Positions 25,431-35,594 of a stretch of 37,058 bases of DNA are shown here, one piece after another (the stretch's first letter is position 1; every line of letters begins with the position of its first letter). The DNA comes from a bacterium (GTDB lineage: Bacteria > Sysuimicrobiota > Sysuimicrobiia > Sysuimicrobiales > Kaftiobacteriaceae). The notes below the pieces were generated by a model that made no database searches, was not told where the DNA came from, and saw only the letters and a program-made list of their open reading frames with translations. Made by a program: the position numbers and the translations under genes. The stretch lies in NCBI GenBank assembly GCA_044868695.1, contig JBIOWP010000029.1, positions 1 to 37,058 of the forward strand. Reading direction: 5' to 3'.

Positions 25431-26021
25431 GTGGCGCTGCGTGACGATATCGACGAAATCCTCATCCCGGAGGAGGCGCTCCAGACCCGAATCCGGGAGC
25501 TGGGGCGCGCGGTCAGCAGTGACTATACGGGCAAAGAACCGCTCCTCGTCGGGATCCTGACGGGAGCGGTTCTGTTTGTGTCCGATCTCCTCCGGCAGAT
25601 CACGATTCCCTGCCAGCTGGACTTCATGGCCACCAGCTCCTATGGAACCAAGACGGAAAGCTCCGGGATCGTGCGGATTCTCAAGGACCTGGACCAAACC
25701 ATCGAAGGCCGGCACGTCCTCATCGTGGACGACATCATTGATACCGGTCTGACGATGGATTACCTCCTGGAAACGCTAAAGGCGCGGTACCCGGCCAGCC
25801 TCAGGGTCTGCGCGCTGTTGGACAAGGTCCCGCGGCGCCTGCGCCACGTGCCGATCGACTACCGCGGGTTCGAGATCCCCGACAAGTTTGTCGTCGGCTA
25901 TGGGCTAGACTACAACGGCCGCTACCGGAACCTGCCGTTCATCTGCGTGCTCAAACCGGAGATCTACGGCCAGGAGCCGGTCGGCAGTGAGGTGGCGGGC
26001 GCGGCCCGCTCGGTGCGGTGA
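25431..26021 (+). CDS. hpt: Hypoxanthine phosphoribosyltransferase
   Basis: LVGILTGA, SSYG, VLIVDDIIDTGLT, LLDK and FVVGYGLDYNGRYRNLP; SD GGGAGGG before GTG 25431. Confidence 0.96.
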   Translation: MALRDDIDEILIPEEALQTRIRELGRAVSSDYTGKEPLLVGILTGAVLFVSDLLRQITIPCQLDFMATSSYGTKTESSGIVRILKDLDQTIEGRHVLIVDDIIDTGLTMDYLLETLKARYPASLRVCALLDKVPRRLRHVPIDYRGFEIPDKFVVGYGLDYNGRYRNLPFICVLKPEIYGQEPVGSEVAGAARSVR

Positions 26022-27178
26022 TGGAGTTCATCGGCAGGGACAAGGTCGCGCGGCGCGCGTACGGGCTGGATGAGATCGCGCTGGCCCCGTCGTCGGCCAC
26101 TGTCGACCCGCACGACGTCGATCTCTCCTGGTCCGTCGGTCCCTACCGCTTTGCCCTCCCGTTCATCGCCGCGGCGATGGACAGCGTCGTCGATCCGCAG
26201 GCGGCCATCCGGCTCTCGCAATTGGGCGCGCTGGGCGTCTTGAATTTGGAGGGGTTGTACACGCGCTATGAGCGTCCCGACGAACCTTTGGAACAGATCG
26301 CCGCGGCTCCGCCCGAGGCCGTGGTCGGGCTCATGCAGCAGCTATACCAGGAGCCGGTCAAAGAGTCTCTGGTGACGGCGCGGGTTCGCGACATCGTCGC
26401 CGCGGGCGCGCTCGCCTGCGTGTCCGTGACACCCGCCCGCGCGAGCCGTCTGCTCCCGCTGGCCGCGCAGGCCGGCGCGCAACTGCTCGTGCTCCAGTCC
26501 ACGGTGGTCACCGACCGCCACCACTCGTCGCAGGGCCGGTCGGTCTCGGTCCGAGACCTCGTCGAGGACGTCGACGTGCCGTTGATGGTCGGCAACTGCG
26601 TGGGCTACGACGCGGCGATGGCGCTGCTGGAGGCTGGCGCGGCGGCCGTCTTCGTCGGGGTGGGCCCCGGGGCGGCCTGTACCAGCCGTCGCGTCCTGGG
26701 GGTCGGTGTGCCGCAGGCGACCGCGATCGCCGACGTGGCGGCCGCGCGCGACGAGTATCACCGCCGGACCGGACGCTACGTCCCCCTGGTCGCCGACGGG
26801 GGGATCGCCGTCGGCGGGGATGTGGTCAAGGCCGTGGCCTGTGGCGCCGACGCCGTCATGCTGGGCTCCGCGATGGCCCGGGCGGAGGAGGCCCCCGGCC
26901 GGGGGTTCCACTGGGGCATGGCTACCCCGCACGCGGCCCTCCCGCGCGGGACGCGCGTCAAGGTCACGCCCACCGGGACGCTGCGGCAGATTCTGCTCGG
27001 CCCCGCGGAGACGGATGATGGATCACAGAACCTGGCCGAAGCGCTGCGCACCGCGATGGGGATGTGCGGGGCACGGTCGATCCAGGAGATGCACCGCGCG
27101 GAAGTGATCATCGCCCCCACGCTGGCGGGTGAGGGGAAAGCCCTGCAGTTCGCCCAGAAGGTGGGGCAGGGGCGATGA
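26018..27178 (+). CDS. guaB: IMP dehydrogenase family protein, GuaB3-type (no CBS domains)
   Basis: [53 protein letters not shown] and HWGMATP; lies between hpt and guaA. Confidence 0.88.
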   Translation: MMEFIGRDKVARRAYGLDEIALAPSSATVDPHDVDLSWSVGPYRFALPFIAAAMDSVVDPQAAIRLSQLGALGVLNLEGLYTRYERPDEPLEQIAAAPPEAVVGLMQQLYQEPVKESLVTARVRDIVAAGALACVSVTPARASRLLPLAAQAGAQLLVLQSTVVTDRHHSSQGRSVSVRDLVEDVDVPLMVGNCVGYDAAMALLEAGAAAVFVGVGPGAACTSRRVLGVGVPQATAIADVAAARDEYHRRTGRYVPLVADGGIAVGGDVVKAVACGADAVMLGSAMARAEEAPGRGFHWGMATPHAALPRGTRVKVTPTGTLRQILLGPAETDDGSQNLAEALRTAMGMCGARSIQEMHRAEVIIAPTLAGEGKALQFAQKVGQGR

Positions 27179-28818
27179 CGAGGCAGGAGCGGATCGCTCT
27201 GAGCGATGGGACCAGGGACCAGGGACCAGGGACCAGAATCGACCCGTCCGCCTGGTCCCCGGTCCCCGGTCCCGGGTCCCGTCCCTTTGCGGTCGATACC
27301 GTCATCGTGCTTGACTTCGGAGCGCAGTACGCGCAACTGATCGCCCGCCGAGTTCGCGAGAGCAAAGTCTACAGTCTGATCCTGCCGTACGACGTCTCGT
27401 TCGACGAGCTCATGGCCCGCCGGCCGAAAGGGATCATCCTGTCCGGCGGACCCGCGAGCGTCTATGAGCCCGGCGCCCCGCGCTGCGACCCGAGGATCTT
27501 CGATGGCCAGATTCCGGTCCTGGGCATCTGCTACGGGATGCAGCTGATCGCCCACGCGCTGGGGGGGCAGACGGCGGCGGCGGGACACCGCGAGTACGGG
27601 CGGACCCGGCTGTTCGTCGACGACCGGGCTGATCTATTCAACGGGCTGGAGCCAAAGTTGATGTGTTGGATGAGTCACGGAGACTCCGTGGTCACACTCC
27701 CCGACGGGTTCACCGCTCTGGCGCGCACCGATCACAACCCGGTGGCCGCCATGGGCAACCGGGAACGCCGGCAGTACGGCGTGCAGTTCCATCCCGAGGT
27801 GACCCACACCCCGTGGGGTGCGCAGGTCCTGGACAACTTCCTCACCGGCGTCTGCGGATGCCGCCCGCAGTGGACGATGGGAGCCTTCATCGACACGCAG
27901 GTCGACGCGATCCGCCGGACGGTGAAGACCGCCCGTGCGCTCTGCGCCCTCTCCGGGGGCGTGGACTCGGCGGCGGCCGCCGCGCTGGTTCACCGCGCGA
28001 TCGGCGACCAGCTAACCTGCATTTTTGTCGACCACGGCCTGCTCCGGCGCGGCGAGCCCGAACAGGTCCTCCAGACCTTCCGCCATCACTTCCAGATCCC
28101 GCTGGTCCACGTCGACGCGCGGGCGCGTTTTGCGGATAGACTGACCGGCATCGCCGACCCGGAGCGCAAGCGCCGCGTCATCGGGGAAGAGTTCATCGCG
28201 GTGTTCGGCGAGCAGGCCCGGGCGCTCGGGACGGTGGACTTCCTAGTCCAGGGCACCCTCTACCCGGACGTCATCGAAAGCGGCACCCGCACGGCGGCGC
28301 GCATCAAGACCCACCACAATGTCGGGGGGCTCCCGGAGCACATGCAGTTCCGCCTCATCGAGCCGTTCCGCGAGCTCTTCAAAGACGAGGTGCGCGAAGT
28401 CGCCCGGCAGCTCGGGCTCCCCGATGAAATGGTCTGGCGGCATCCGTTTCCGGGGCCCGGCTTGGCCATCCGGGTGCTGGGCGAGGTCACGCCCGACCGC
28501 CTGGAAGTGGAGCGGGCCGCCGATGCCATTGTGGTAGAGGAGCTGCGCGCCGCCGGCCTCATGCGCACCGTCTGGCAGGGGTTCGCGGTGCTGCTGCCGG
28601 TGCATTCGGTGGGAGTCATGGGCGATGCCCGCACCTACGGCCACACCGTGGTCGTGCGTGTCGTTACCAGCCAGGACGGCATGACGGCAGACTGGGCCCG
28701 CCTGCCCGATGACCTGCTGGAACGGATCGCGAGCCGGATCACGCGTGAAATCCCCGGGATCACCCGCGTGGCGTACGACATCACCTCGAAACCCCCCGCA
28801 ACCATCGAGTGGGAATAG
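27175..28818 (+). CDS. guaA: GMP synthase (glutamine-hydrolysing) with a repeat-derived N-terminal insert
   Basis: [36 protein letters not shown] and [13 protein letters not shown]. Confidence 0.97.
   Translation: MTRQERIALSDGTRDQGPGTRIDPSAWSPVPGPGSRPFAVDTVIVLDFGAQYAQLIARRVRESKVYSLILPYDVSFDELMARRPKGIILSGGPASVYEPGAPRCDPRIFDGQIPVLGICYGMQLIAHALGGQTAAAGHREYGRTRLFVDDRADLFNGLEPKLMCWMSHGDSVVTLPDGFTALARTDHNPVAAMGNRERRQYGVQFHPEVTHTPWGAQVLDNFLTGVCGCRPQWTMGAFIDTQVDAIRRTVKTARALCALSGGVDSAAAAALVHRAIGDQLTCIFVDHGLLRRGEPEQVLQTFRHHFQIPLVHVDARARFADRLTGIADPERKRRVIGEEFIAVFGEQARALGTVDFLVQGTLYPDVIESGTRTAARIKTHHNVGGLPEHMQFRLIEPFRELFKDEVREVARQLGLPDEMVWRHPFPGPGLAIRVLGEVTPDRLEVERAADAIVVEELRAAGLMRTVWQGFAVLLPVHSVGVMGDARTYGHTVVVRVVTSQDGMTADWARLPDDLLERIASRITREIPGITRVAYDITSKPPATIEWE
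27208..27280. repeat. Heptamer inverted-repeat hairpin (GGGACCA x4 / NGGTCCC x4) within the guaA 5' coding region
   Basis: GGGACCA x4 at 27208-27235; TGGTCCC CGGTCCC CGGTCCC GGGTCCC at 27253-27280. Confidence 0.92.
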
Positions 28819-28836
28819 TACACTGATCTTTGCGAC

Positions 28837-30984
28837 ATGGTGGATCTGCTTGAAGAGCTGAACCCTCCCCAACGACAGGCCGTGATCCACCCGGGCGGTC
28901 CGCTGTTGATCTTGGCCGGCGCCGGCAGCGGCAAGACCCGCGTCCTCGCCCACCGGATTGCCTATCTCCTGCACCAGCACAGCGTCTCGCCGGGCCGCGT
29001 GCTGGCCGTCACGTTCACTAACAAGGCCGCCAATGAGATGCGGGAGCGGGTGGACCGCCTGGTGGGCGCGGCGGTCGCCCGGGCGATCTGGATCGGGACC
29101 TTCCACCATATCTGCAGCCGCATCCTCCGGCGCCACGGGGACCGTGTGGGCGTCGGGAAGAATTTCGTGATCTTCGACGACGATGACCAGCGCGCCGTCG
29201 TGCGCCAGTGCCTGAAGCAGATGGGACTGGATGAGCAGCGCTTCCCCCCGGCGGTGATCCTCGCCCTGATCGACCGCGCAAAGAATGAGGCCATCGGGCC
29301 GCAGACCTACGCCGAGCAGGCGACCGGATGGTACGAGGAGATCGTCGCCCGAGTCTACCATGCCTATCAGCGCGCGCTGGGCGAGCAGAACGCGCTGGAC
29401 TTCGACGACCTGCTGCTGGACGTAATCCGCCTCCTCACCGAGGCGCCGGACGTGAAGGCGGAGTATCAGGAGCGGTTCGCCCACATTCTCGTCGACGAGT
29501 ATCAGGATACCAACCGCGCGCAGTACCGGATCATCCGCGCCCTGGCCGAACGGCACCGCAACCTGTGCGTGGTTGGCGATGACGATCAATCGATCTACCG
29601 GTGGCGCGGCGCCGACGTGCGCAACATTCTCGAGTTCGAGCGCGATTACCCCGACGCCACCATCGTGAAGCTGGAGCAGAATTACCGGTCGACGAAGACC
29701 ATCCTCCAGGTGGCCGGCGACGTCATCCAGCACAACCCGCACCGCCACCGGAAATCACTGTGGACGGCCAATCCCGCGGGCGACCCGGTCGTCCTCTACG
29801 AAGCGTCCGATGGCCACGACGAAGCCCGGTTCGTCACCGGCGAGATCGCGCGCCTGAAGGACGGCTCGGCGGGGCCCGGACCGACTCTCCGGTACCGCGA
29901 CCTCGTCGTCTTGTACCGGACCAACGCGCAGTCCCGCCTGTTTGAGGAGCAGTTTCTGCGGGCGGGGATTCCCTACACGATCGTCGGGGGTGTGCGGTTC
30001 TATGAACGCAAAGAGATCCGCGACATCATCGCCTACCTCCGCCTAGCGCTCGTTCCCTCAGATGCGGTTAGCCTCACGCGCGTTGTCAACGTGCCGCGCC
30101 GCGGGATCGGCGACGTCAGCCTGCAGCGTCTGGAGGTTTACGCCGCCTCGCACGGGCTGAGCCTACCGGAGGCGATGGCCAGGCCTGAGGCGCTGGAGGA
30201 GTTGCCCAAATCCGCGCAGCGGGCCGCCGCCGACTTCGTCGACCTGCTCGCCCGGCTGCGCGACCGCGCCCAGCGGGTCAAGACCACCGACCTGATCGAC
30301 GCCGCGATCGTCGAGACCGGGTATCAGGCGATGCTGCAGGCTGAGGGCACCGATGAGGCGTACAGCCGGCTGGAGAACCTGCGTGAACTGGTGACCGTCG
30401 CGAAAGAGTTCGAGGAGGTCACCGGAGAGGAGAGTCTGGAGGCATTCCTGCAGCACCTGGCCCTGGTGACCGACCTGGACACCTGGCAGGAGGAGGCCGA
30501 CCGTGTCACATTGATGACGCTCCACAGCGCGAAGGGACTCGAATTCGCCGGCGTCTTCCTCGCGGGGATGGAGGAAGGTCTGTTCCCTCACGTGCGCGCG
30601 CTGGAGGAAGAGGGCGGGCTCGACGAAGAGCGCCGCCTCTGCTATGTCGGGATCACCAGGGCCAAATCGCGTCTGTACCTGTCTTATGCGCGCGCCCGCA
30701 CGATCTTCGGCGCGACGATGCCCGGGATTCCCTCGCGGTTTCTGGACGAAGTTCCCGCCGACCTGGTGACCAGGCACCAGATGGCGCCGCCGGCGGTGAC
30801 GTGGGTCGAGGAGGAGCGGGACCTGCCCGTCCTGTCGGTGGGTGACCGGGTCCGGCACGCCAGCTTCGGAGAAGGCCGCGTGCTGGAGGTCGATGGGGAA
30901 GGCGTGCGCGCCGTCGTCACCGTCCAGTTTGCACAGGGGGTCAAACGGCTGGCGCTGGGGTACGCGCCGTTGGAACGAGTGTAG
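28837..30984 (+). CDS. pcrA: ATP-dependent DNA helicase PcrA/UvrD
   Basis: AGAGSGKT, TFTNKAA, VDEYQDTN, VGDDDQSIY, LEQNYRST, LMTLHSAKGLEF, EERRLCYVGITRA and a C-terminal Tudor-like domain. Confidence 0.95.
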   Translation: MVDLLEELNPPQRQAVIHPGGPLLILAGAGSGKTRVLAHRIAYLLHQHSVSPGRVLAVTFTNKAANEMRERVDRLVGAAVARAIWIGTFHHICSRILRRHGDRVGVGKNFVIFDDDDQRAVVRQCLKQMGLDEQRFPPAVILALIDRAKNEAIGPQTYAEQATGWYEEIVARVYHAYQRALGEQNALDFDDLLLDVIRLLTEAPDVKAEYQERFAHILVDEYQDTNRAQYRIIRALAERHRNLCVVGDDDQSIYRWRGADVRNILEFERDYPDATIVKLEQNYRSTKTILQVAGDVIQHNPHRHRKSLWTANPAGDPVVLYEASDGHDEARFVTGEIARLKDGSAGPGPTLRYRDLVVLYRTNAQSRLFEEQFLRAGIPYTIVGGVRFYERKEIRDIIAYLRLALVPSDAVSLTRVVNVPRRGIGDVSLQRLEVYAASHGLSLPEAMARPEALEELPKSAQRAAADFVDLLARLRDRAQRVKTTDLIDAAIVETGYQAMLQAEGTDEAYSRLENLRELVTVAKEFEEVTGEESLEAFLQHLALVTDLDTWQEEADRVTLMTLHSAKGLEFAGVFLAGMEEGLFPHVRALEEEGGLDEERRLCYVGITRAKSRLYLSYARARTIFGATMPGIPSRFLDEVPADLVTRHQMAPPAVTWVEEERDLPVLSVGDRVRHASFGEGRVLEVDGEGVRAVVTVQFAQGVKRLALGYAPLERV

Positions 30985-31158
30985 GGCCGGAGGCCATGAG
31001 CGAGCTGGCTCGACGCAGCTCGCCACCTCCTTCCAATGAGCGAAATGGCCACCGTGAGCGTGGTCGAACGGCCGCGTGAGGCGGGCGAGTCGAATGGCAG
31101 GAGACCTTGTGATCAAATTGAATACGACTTCCCAAAGTCACGCGGGGAGGATCGACAG

Positions 31159-32910
31159 TTGAGAAAGATCGTCGTGGCACTCGGCACCCCATGTGGTCTG
31201 ATCCTGGGTGCGGCGCTGGCCCTGGCACAAGCCCCCGCCCCATCTTTGCCGGATGTTCCCAACCCGAAGGTCGCTGCGGAAGCGCCTGAGATTGGGAGGT
31301 ACGGGGGGACCTATGTCGTCAGTTCGATCAGCGACCCGCGGACCTTCAACCCCGTCGTCGCGCAGGAGACGTCGTCCACGGTGGTGACCGGGGTGATCTT
31401 CGAGGCTCTGGTTGAACAGAACTACATTACCGGGGAGATCGAACCGGGCCTGGCCGAGGCGTGGGCGGTGAGCGAGGGCGGCCGCACGTGGACCTTCACG
31501 CTGCGCCAGGGAGTCCGCTGGACGGATGGGAAGCCGCTGACGATTGATGACATCGTGTTCAGCCTCGAGGCCGTCTTCGCCGACGGTGTGCAGAGCAGTA
31601 CCCGCGACCTGCTGACGATCGAAGACAAGCCCATCCGCTGGCGCAAAGTCGACGACCGGCGGATCGCCTTCACGACGGAGAAGCCAGTAGGGACATTCCT
31701 GAGACTCATCGGTGCCCTGGATGTCATCCCCAGGCACAAGCTCGGAGACGCGCTCGCCAAAGGCGGGGCCGAGTTCAACAGGACCTATGGCATCAACACC
31801 GCTGCGCGCGAGATCGTCGGCACGGGACCATTCATCCTGCAGTCGTATGTGCCCGGTCAGCGCGTCACCCTGCTGCGAAATCCGACCTACTGGAAGGTGG
31901 ACAAGAAGGGCAACCGCCTCCCGTACCTGACGCGCTACGTCATTCTGATCGTCCCCACCACCGAAGCGGCGCGGCTAAAGTTTTTGGCGAAGGAGACCGA
32001 CCTCTATAGTGCACGGCCCCGCGAGTTCGCAGAGTTCAAACAAGGAGAGAAGGCGGGCAACTACACCATTTACGACGGTCCGGAGACGTTTAGCTCTGAG
32101 TTCCTTGTCCTGAACCACAACCCCGCCGGCACCACCGCCCCCAAGCTCACCTGGTTCCAGGACGTCCTCTTTCGCCGCGCGCTGAATCATGCCATTGACC
32201 GGAAGACGATCGCGGAGCAGGTGTACGCCGGCCGGGCATCTGCGGCATGGGGGCCGGTCAGCTCCGGCAACGCCTTGTACTATAACCCCAAGTTGCCGCA
32301 GTATCCGTACGACGTGGATCGGGCCCAGCAACTCCTGGCCGAGGCCGGCTATCGCAAGGGCACCGACGGGGTGCTGCGTGATCCGCAGGGGAGTGTCGTG
32401 GAGTTCACCATTGCGACAAACGCGGGAAATCAAGACCGGGAGGCGATCGGCAACATCGTCCGCCAGGACTTTACCAAGCTGGGGATCCGAGCCACATTTG
32501 CCCCCGAGGCGTTCAACACGCTGGTCGACAAACTGGTGGGGTCGTTCAAGTGGGAGGCGATCGTCATCGGGTTGACTGGCGGGATTGAACCGGTGACCGG
32601 TCGCAACGTCTGGCTGAGCTCTGGCTCGCTGCATATGTGGTGGCCCAAGCAGGAAAAACCCGCCACAGAGTGGGAGGCGGAAATTGATCGTCTCTTCGAG
32701 CAGGCTACCGCCGAGATTGATCAGGACAGACGGAAGCAGCTGTACTTTCGCTGGCAGGAAATCGTCGCTGTGCAAGTTCCGATGATGTACTTCAGCAACC
32801 CCAAGACGCAGCCCGCCGTCCGCAACACCCTCGGGAATATCAAGCTCGGCCTGCAGGGCGTGGCGGGGGAGCTCGAAACCTTGTATTACAAGGTCACCTA
32901 CCGAGAGTAA
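31159..32910 (+). CDS. Peptide/nickel ABC transporter substrate-binding protein (family 5)
   Basis: SD GGGGAGG before TTG 31159; signal peptide; DPRTFNP, LAEAW, WTFTLRQGVRWTDGKP and GTGPF. Confidence 0.9.
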   Translation: MRKIVVALGTPCGLILGAALALAQAPAPSLPDVPNPKVAAEAPEIGRYGGTYVVSSISDPRTFNPVVAQETSSTVVTGVIFEALVEQNYITGEIEPGLAEAWAVSEGGRTWTFTLRQGVRWTDGKPLTIDDIVFSLEAVFADGVQSSTRDLLTIEDKPIRWRKVDDRRIAFTTEKPVGTFLRLIGALDVIPRHKLGDALAKGGAEFNRTYGINTAAREIVGTGPFILQSYVPGQRVTLLRNPTYWKVDKKGNRLPYLTRYVILIVPTTEAARLKFLAKETDLYSARPREFAEFKQGEKAGNYTIYDGPETFSSEFLVLNHNPAGTTAPKLTWFQDVLFRRALNHAIDRKTIAEQVYAGRASAAWGPVSSGNALYYNPKLPQYPYDVDRAQQLLAEAGYRKGTDGVLRDPQGSVVEFTIATNAGNQDREAIGNIVRQDFTKLGIRATFAPEAFNTLVDKLVGSFKWEAIVIGLTGGIEPVTGRNVWLSSGSLHMWWPKQEKPATEWEAEIDRLFEQATAEIDQDRRKQLYFRWQEIVAVQVPMMYFSNPKTQPAVRNTLGNIKLGLQGVAGELETLYYKVTYRE

Positions 32911-32964
32911 CAGCGCCGAGCGAGAGGGACGGCCCGGGACGCGGGCCCCCGCCTGAGGACCTCA

Positions 32965-33930
32965 GTGCTCCGCCACGTTGCCCGCCGTCTGCTACACCTG
33001 ATTCCCATGCTGCTGGGGATCACGATCATGTCTTTCGCCATTATCCAGCTATCGCCAGGCGACTTTCTCGCCGAGATCCGTCTCAATCCCGTGGTCTCCC
33101 AGGAGACCGTCGATCGCATGCGGGTGAGCTTTGGGTTGGATCGTCCCCTCTACATCCAGTACGTGCGCTGGCTGACCAACGTTATCCGAGGCGATTTCGG
33201 TTTCTCCTTCTCATACCACGTGCCGGTGCTCTGGTTGATTCAATCGCGGCTGGTCAACACGCTGCTCCTGAATGTCATTGCCCTGGCCGTGGCGTGGGCG
33301 ATCGCCATCCCGGTCGGAATTCACGCTGCCCGACACCAGTACACGGCGTCCGATAACCTGCTCTCATTTGCCTCCTATGTCGGGATCTCCACGCCAACGT
33401 TTTTCTCTGGACTGCTCCTCTTGTTCGTCGCGTTCAAGACCGGGTGGCTGCCGATCGGCGGGATGACCAGCCTGGACTACGACGTGCTGCCGTGGTTCGG
33501 AAAGGTCCTTGACGTCCTCCATCACCTGATCATTCCCGTGGTAGTCCTGGGGGTCCTGAGCGTGGCCGGACTGATGCGCCAAATGCGGGCGAACCTATTG
33601 GAGGTGCTGCGGCACGACTACGTCAAGACGGCGCGCGCCAAGGGGCTGACGGAGCGCGTCGTCGTCAACCGGCACGCGGTGCGGAACGCCATCAACCCAT
33701 TGATCACCATCTTCGGACTCGAGCTGGGCGGGCTGCTCAGCGGCTCGGCGATCCTGGAGAACGTGATCGGCTGGCCAGGGCTCGGCCAGCTGATCCTGGA
33801 GGCCGTGGTCCGCAAAGACCTCTACGTCGTGATGGGCAGTCTGGTCATCGGCGGTGTCACCCTCGTCATCGGCAATCTGATCGCCGACATCCTGCTGGCC
33901 TACAGCGATCCGCGCATCCGGTATGAGTAA
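32965..33930 (+). CDS. Peptide ABC transporter permease (OppB/DppB type)
   Basis: FGLDRPLYIQY, DYVKTARAKGL, ENVIGWPGLG and DPRIRY. Confidence 0.93.
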   Translation: MLRHVARRLLHLIPMLLGITIMSFAIIQLSPGDFLAEIRLNPVVSQETVDRMRVSFGLDRPLYIQYVRWLTNVIRGDFGFSFSYHVPVLWLIQSRLVNTLLLNVIALAVAWAIAIPVGIHAARHQYTASDNLLSFASYVGISTPTFFSGLLLLFVAFKTGWLPIGGMTSLDYDVLPWFGKVLDVLHHLIIPVVVLGVLSVAGLMRQMRANLLEVLRHDYVKTARAKGLTERVVVNRHAVRNAINPLITIFGLELGGLLSGSAILENVIGWPGLGQLILEAVVRKDLYVVMGSLVIGGVTLVIGNLIADILLAYSDPRIRYE

Positions 33931-35029
33931 GGGGGCCTCCATCCAGACCCCCGACACCCGGCACCTGACCCCGCGCCAGTTAGCCTGGCGCCAGCTCCGC
34001 CGGCACCGGCTGGCGGCCGCAGGGGGCGCCGTCCTCCTCGCGTTGTACGTGGTGGCGCTCTTTGCCGACTTCCTCGCGCCGTACTCCCTGGACTTCACCG
34101 ACCGGACAAAATTCTATCACCCGCCGGTCCTGCTTCACCTCCGGGACACGCAGGGCCGCTGGCACCTGCGGCCGTTCATCTACGACACCCGGCTCGTCGA
34201 TCCGGGGCTCCGCACGTTCACGCCCGACCCGGCGCGGACGTATCCCGTCCGCCTCTTCGTGCGCGGTGAGCCCTACCGGTTGTTGTGGCTCTTTCCCACG
34301 CGGATCCACCTGCTGGGTGTCGACGACCCCGCCCGGTTGTTCCTGTTGGGCAGCGACGCCTTCGGCCGGGACGTCCTCACGCGCATCCTCTATGGGAGCC
34401 GCGTCTCGCTGCTCGTGGGGTTGCTGGTGGTCGGAGTCACGATTCCCATCGGTATGATCTACGGCGGGGTCGCGGGGTATTTCGGCGGGTGGATCGACAA
34501 CCTCATGATGCGGCTGGCGGAGATTATCATCGCCTTCCCGTCGTTCTACCTGCTGCTCACGCTCAGCGCCGTCCTCCCGGCGTCGGTGGGGTGCGCGACG
34601 CGATTCTACCTCATCGTTGCGATCCTGAGTTTCATCGGCTGGGCGGGATTCGCACGGCTTATCCGGGGTGTCGTGCTGTCGCTCAAGCAGTTTGAGTTTG
34701 TGCTGGCGGCCAGGGCGATGGGGCAGGGTGACCTCCGGATCATCCTCCAGCACATCCTGCCCAACACCAGTTCTCTTGTGATTGTGGTGGCGACCCTCAC
34801 GATTCCCTCGGCCATCCTGGGAGAGTCCGCGCTGAGCTTTCTCGGCCTGGGTGTGCGGGAACCCTGCGCGAGCTGGGGGAACCTCCTGTCGGCCGGGGCC
34901 AACCTGATCAACCTCAACCGGTCGCCCTGGCTGCTCTTTCCTGGGGTGTTCATCATCGTCGCCGTGGTGGCGTACAACTTCCTGGGCGACGGGCTGCGCG
35001 ACGCCTTCGATCCACGCATGCGCACGTAA
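33923..35029 (+). CDS. Peptide ABC transporter permease (OppC/DppC type)
   Basis: LGSDAFGRDVLTRILYGSRVSL, EFVLAARAMG, HILPN, ESALSFLGLG and GDGLRDAFDP. Confidence 0.93.
   Translation: MSKGASIQTPDTRHLTPRQLAWRQLRRHRLAAAGGAVLLALYVVALFADFLAPYSLDFTDRTKFYHPPVLLHLRDTQGRWHLRPFIYDTRLVDPGLRTFTPDPARTYPVRLFVRGEPYRLLWLFPTRIHLLGVDDPARLFLLGSDAFGRDVLTRILYGSRVSLLVGLLVVGVTIPIGMIYGGVAGYFGGWIDNLMMRLAEIIIAFPSFYLLLTLSAVLPASVGCATRFYLIVAILSFIGWAGFARLIRGVVLSLKQFEFVLAARAMGQGDLRIILQHILPNTSSLVIVVATLTIPSAILGESALSFLGLGVREPCASWGNLLSAGANLINLNRSPWLLFPGVFIIVAVVAYNFLGDGLRDAFDPRMRT
33943..33972. repeat. Degenerate heptamer repeat in the permease N-terminus
   Basis: CCAGACC CCCGACA CCCGGCA CCTGACC CC, encoding QTPDTRHLTP. Confidence 0.6.
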
Positions 35030-35192
35030 CTCGAACACGCGTTTGCATATGTTCATTCCGATTCATGCCGATAGACCGTATACGGAAGTGAACCTTCGTA
35101 TACTGTGGTGCGTTCTGATAGAGGAGAAGGCATAACAGGGGCGTATTCTTCATCCACTTCGCCTTTAAGGTGCCTGGGAGGGGCAGGTCGCC

Positions 35193-35594
35193 ATGAGGGC
35201 CAACGCTACCGCTATTCCTCATGTTTCCTCGGCGGTGCTGACGGTTGTCCAGGTCGCCGAGTATCTCCAGGTCAACAAACTCACCGTCTACCGGTATATC
35301 CGCTCCGGCGAGCTGCCGGCCGTTCGCCTAGGCAGGGGATTGAGAGTCCTACAGGAGGACCTCGACCGATTCCTGGCTGCGCGGCGGGTTCCCGCAGCAG
35401 GTCCGGCCGCGGCTGCGACTGTCCGGGCCAAGCGTTCGCTCCCGCAGCCGATCTTCCAGGGTGCGACCCTTGCGGAGCGGTGGCCGCACACCGCGGATCC
35501 CCGCAGCACCCGGCGGACTCTGGAGTACCCGCAGCCGCTGGAAATGGCCCTCCAGAGCGGTCTGCTCAGCTGGATCGCCAGAGGTCAGCATTAG
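35193..35594 (+). CDS. Excisionase-family (HTH_17) DNA-binding protein
   Basis: LTVVQVAEYLQVNKLTVYRYIRSGELPAVRLGRGLRV; SD GGGAGG. Confidence 0.8.
   Translation: MRANATAIPHVSSAVLTVVQVAEYLQVNKLTVYRYIRSGELPAVRLGRGLRVLQEDLDRFLAARRVPAAGPAAAATVRAKRSLPQPIFQGATLAERWPHTADPRSTRRTLEYPQPLEMALQSGLLSWIARGQH

Noticed and set aside
30985..31158. ORF-track start at 31036, or a regulatory RNA in the pcrA-SBP gap
   Set aside because: The SD and signal peptide favour TTG 31159. Only one short hairpin (GCGAGCTG/CAGCTCGC) without a U-tail is visible.
35193..35594. Prophage or integrative element implied by the excisionase-like HTH
   Set aside because: No integrase, att/tRNA site or phage genes; the flanks are host ABC transporter genes.
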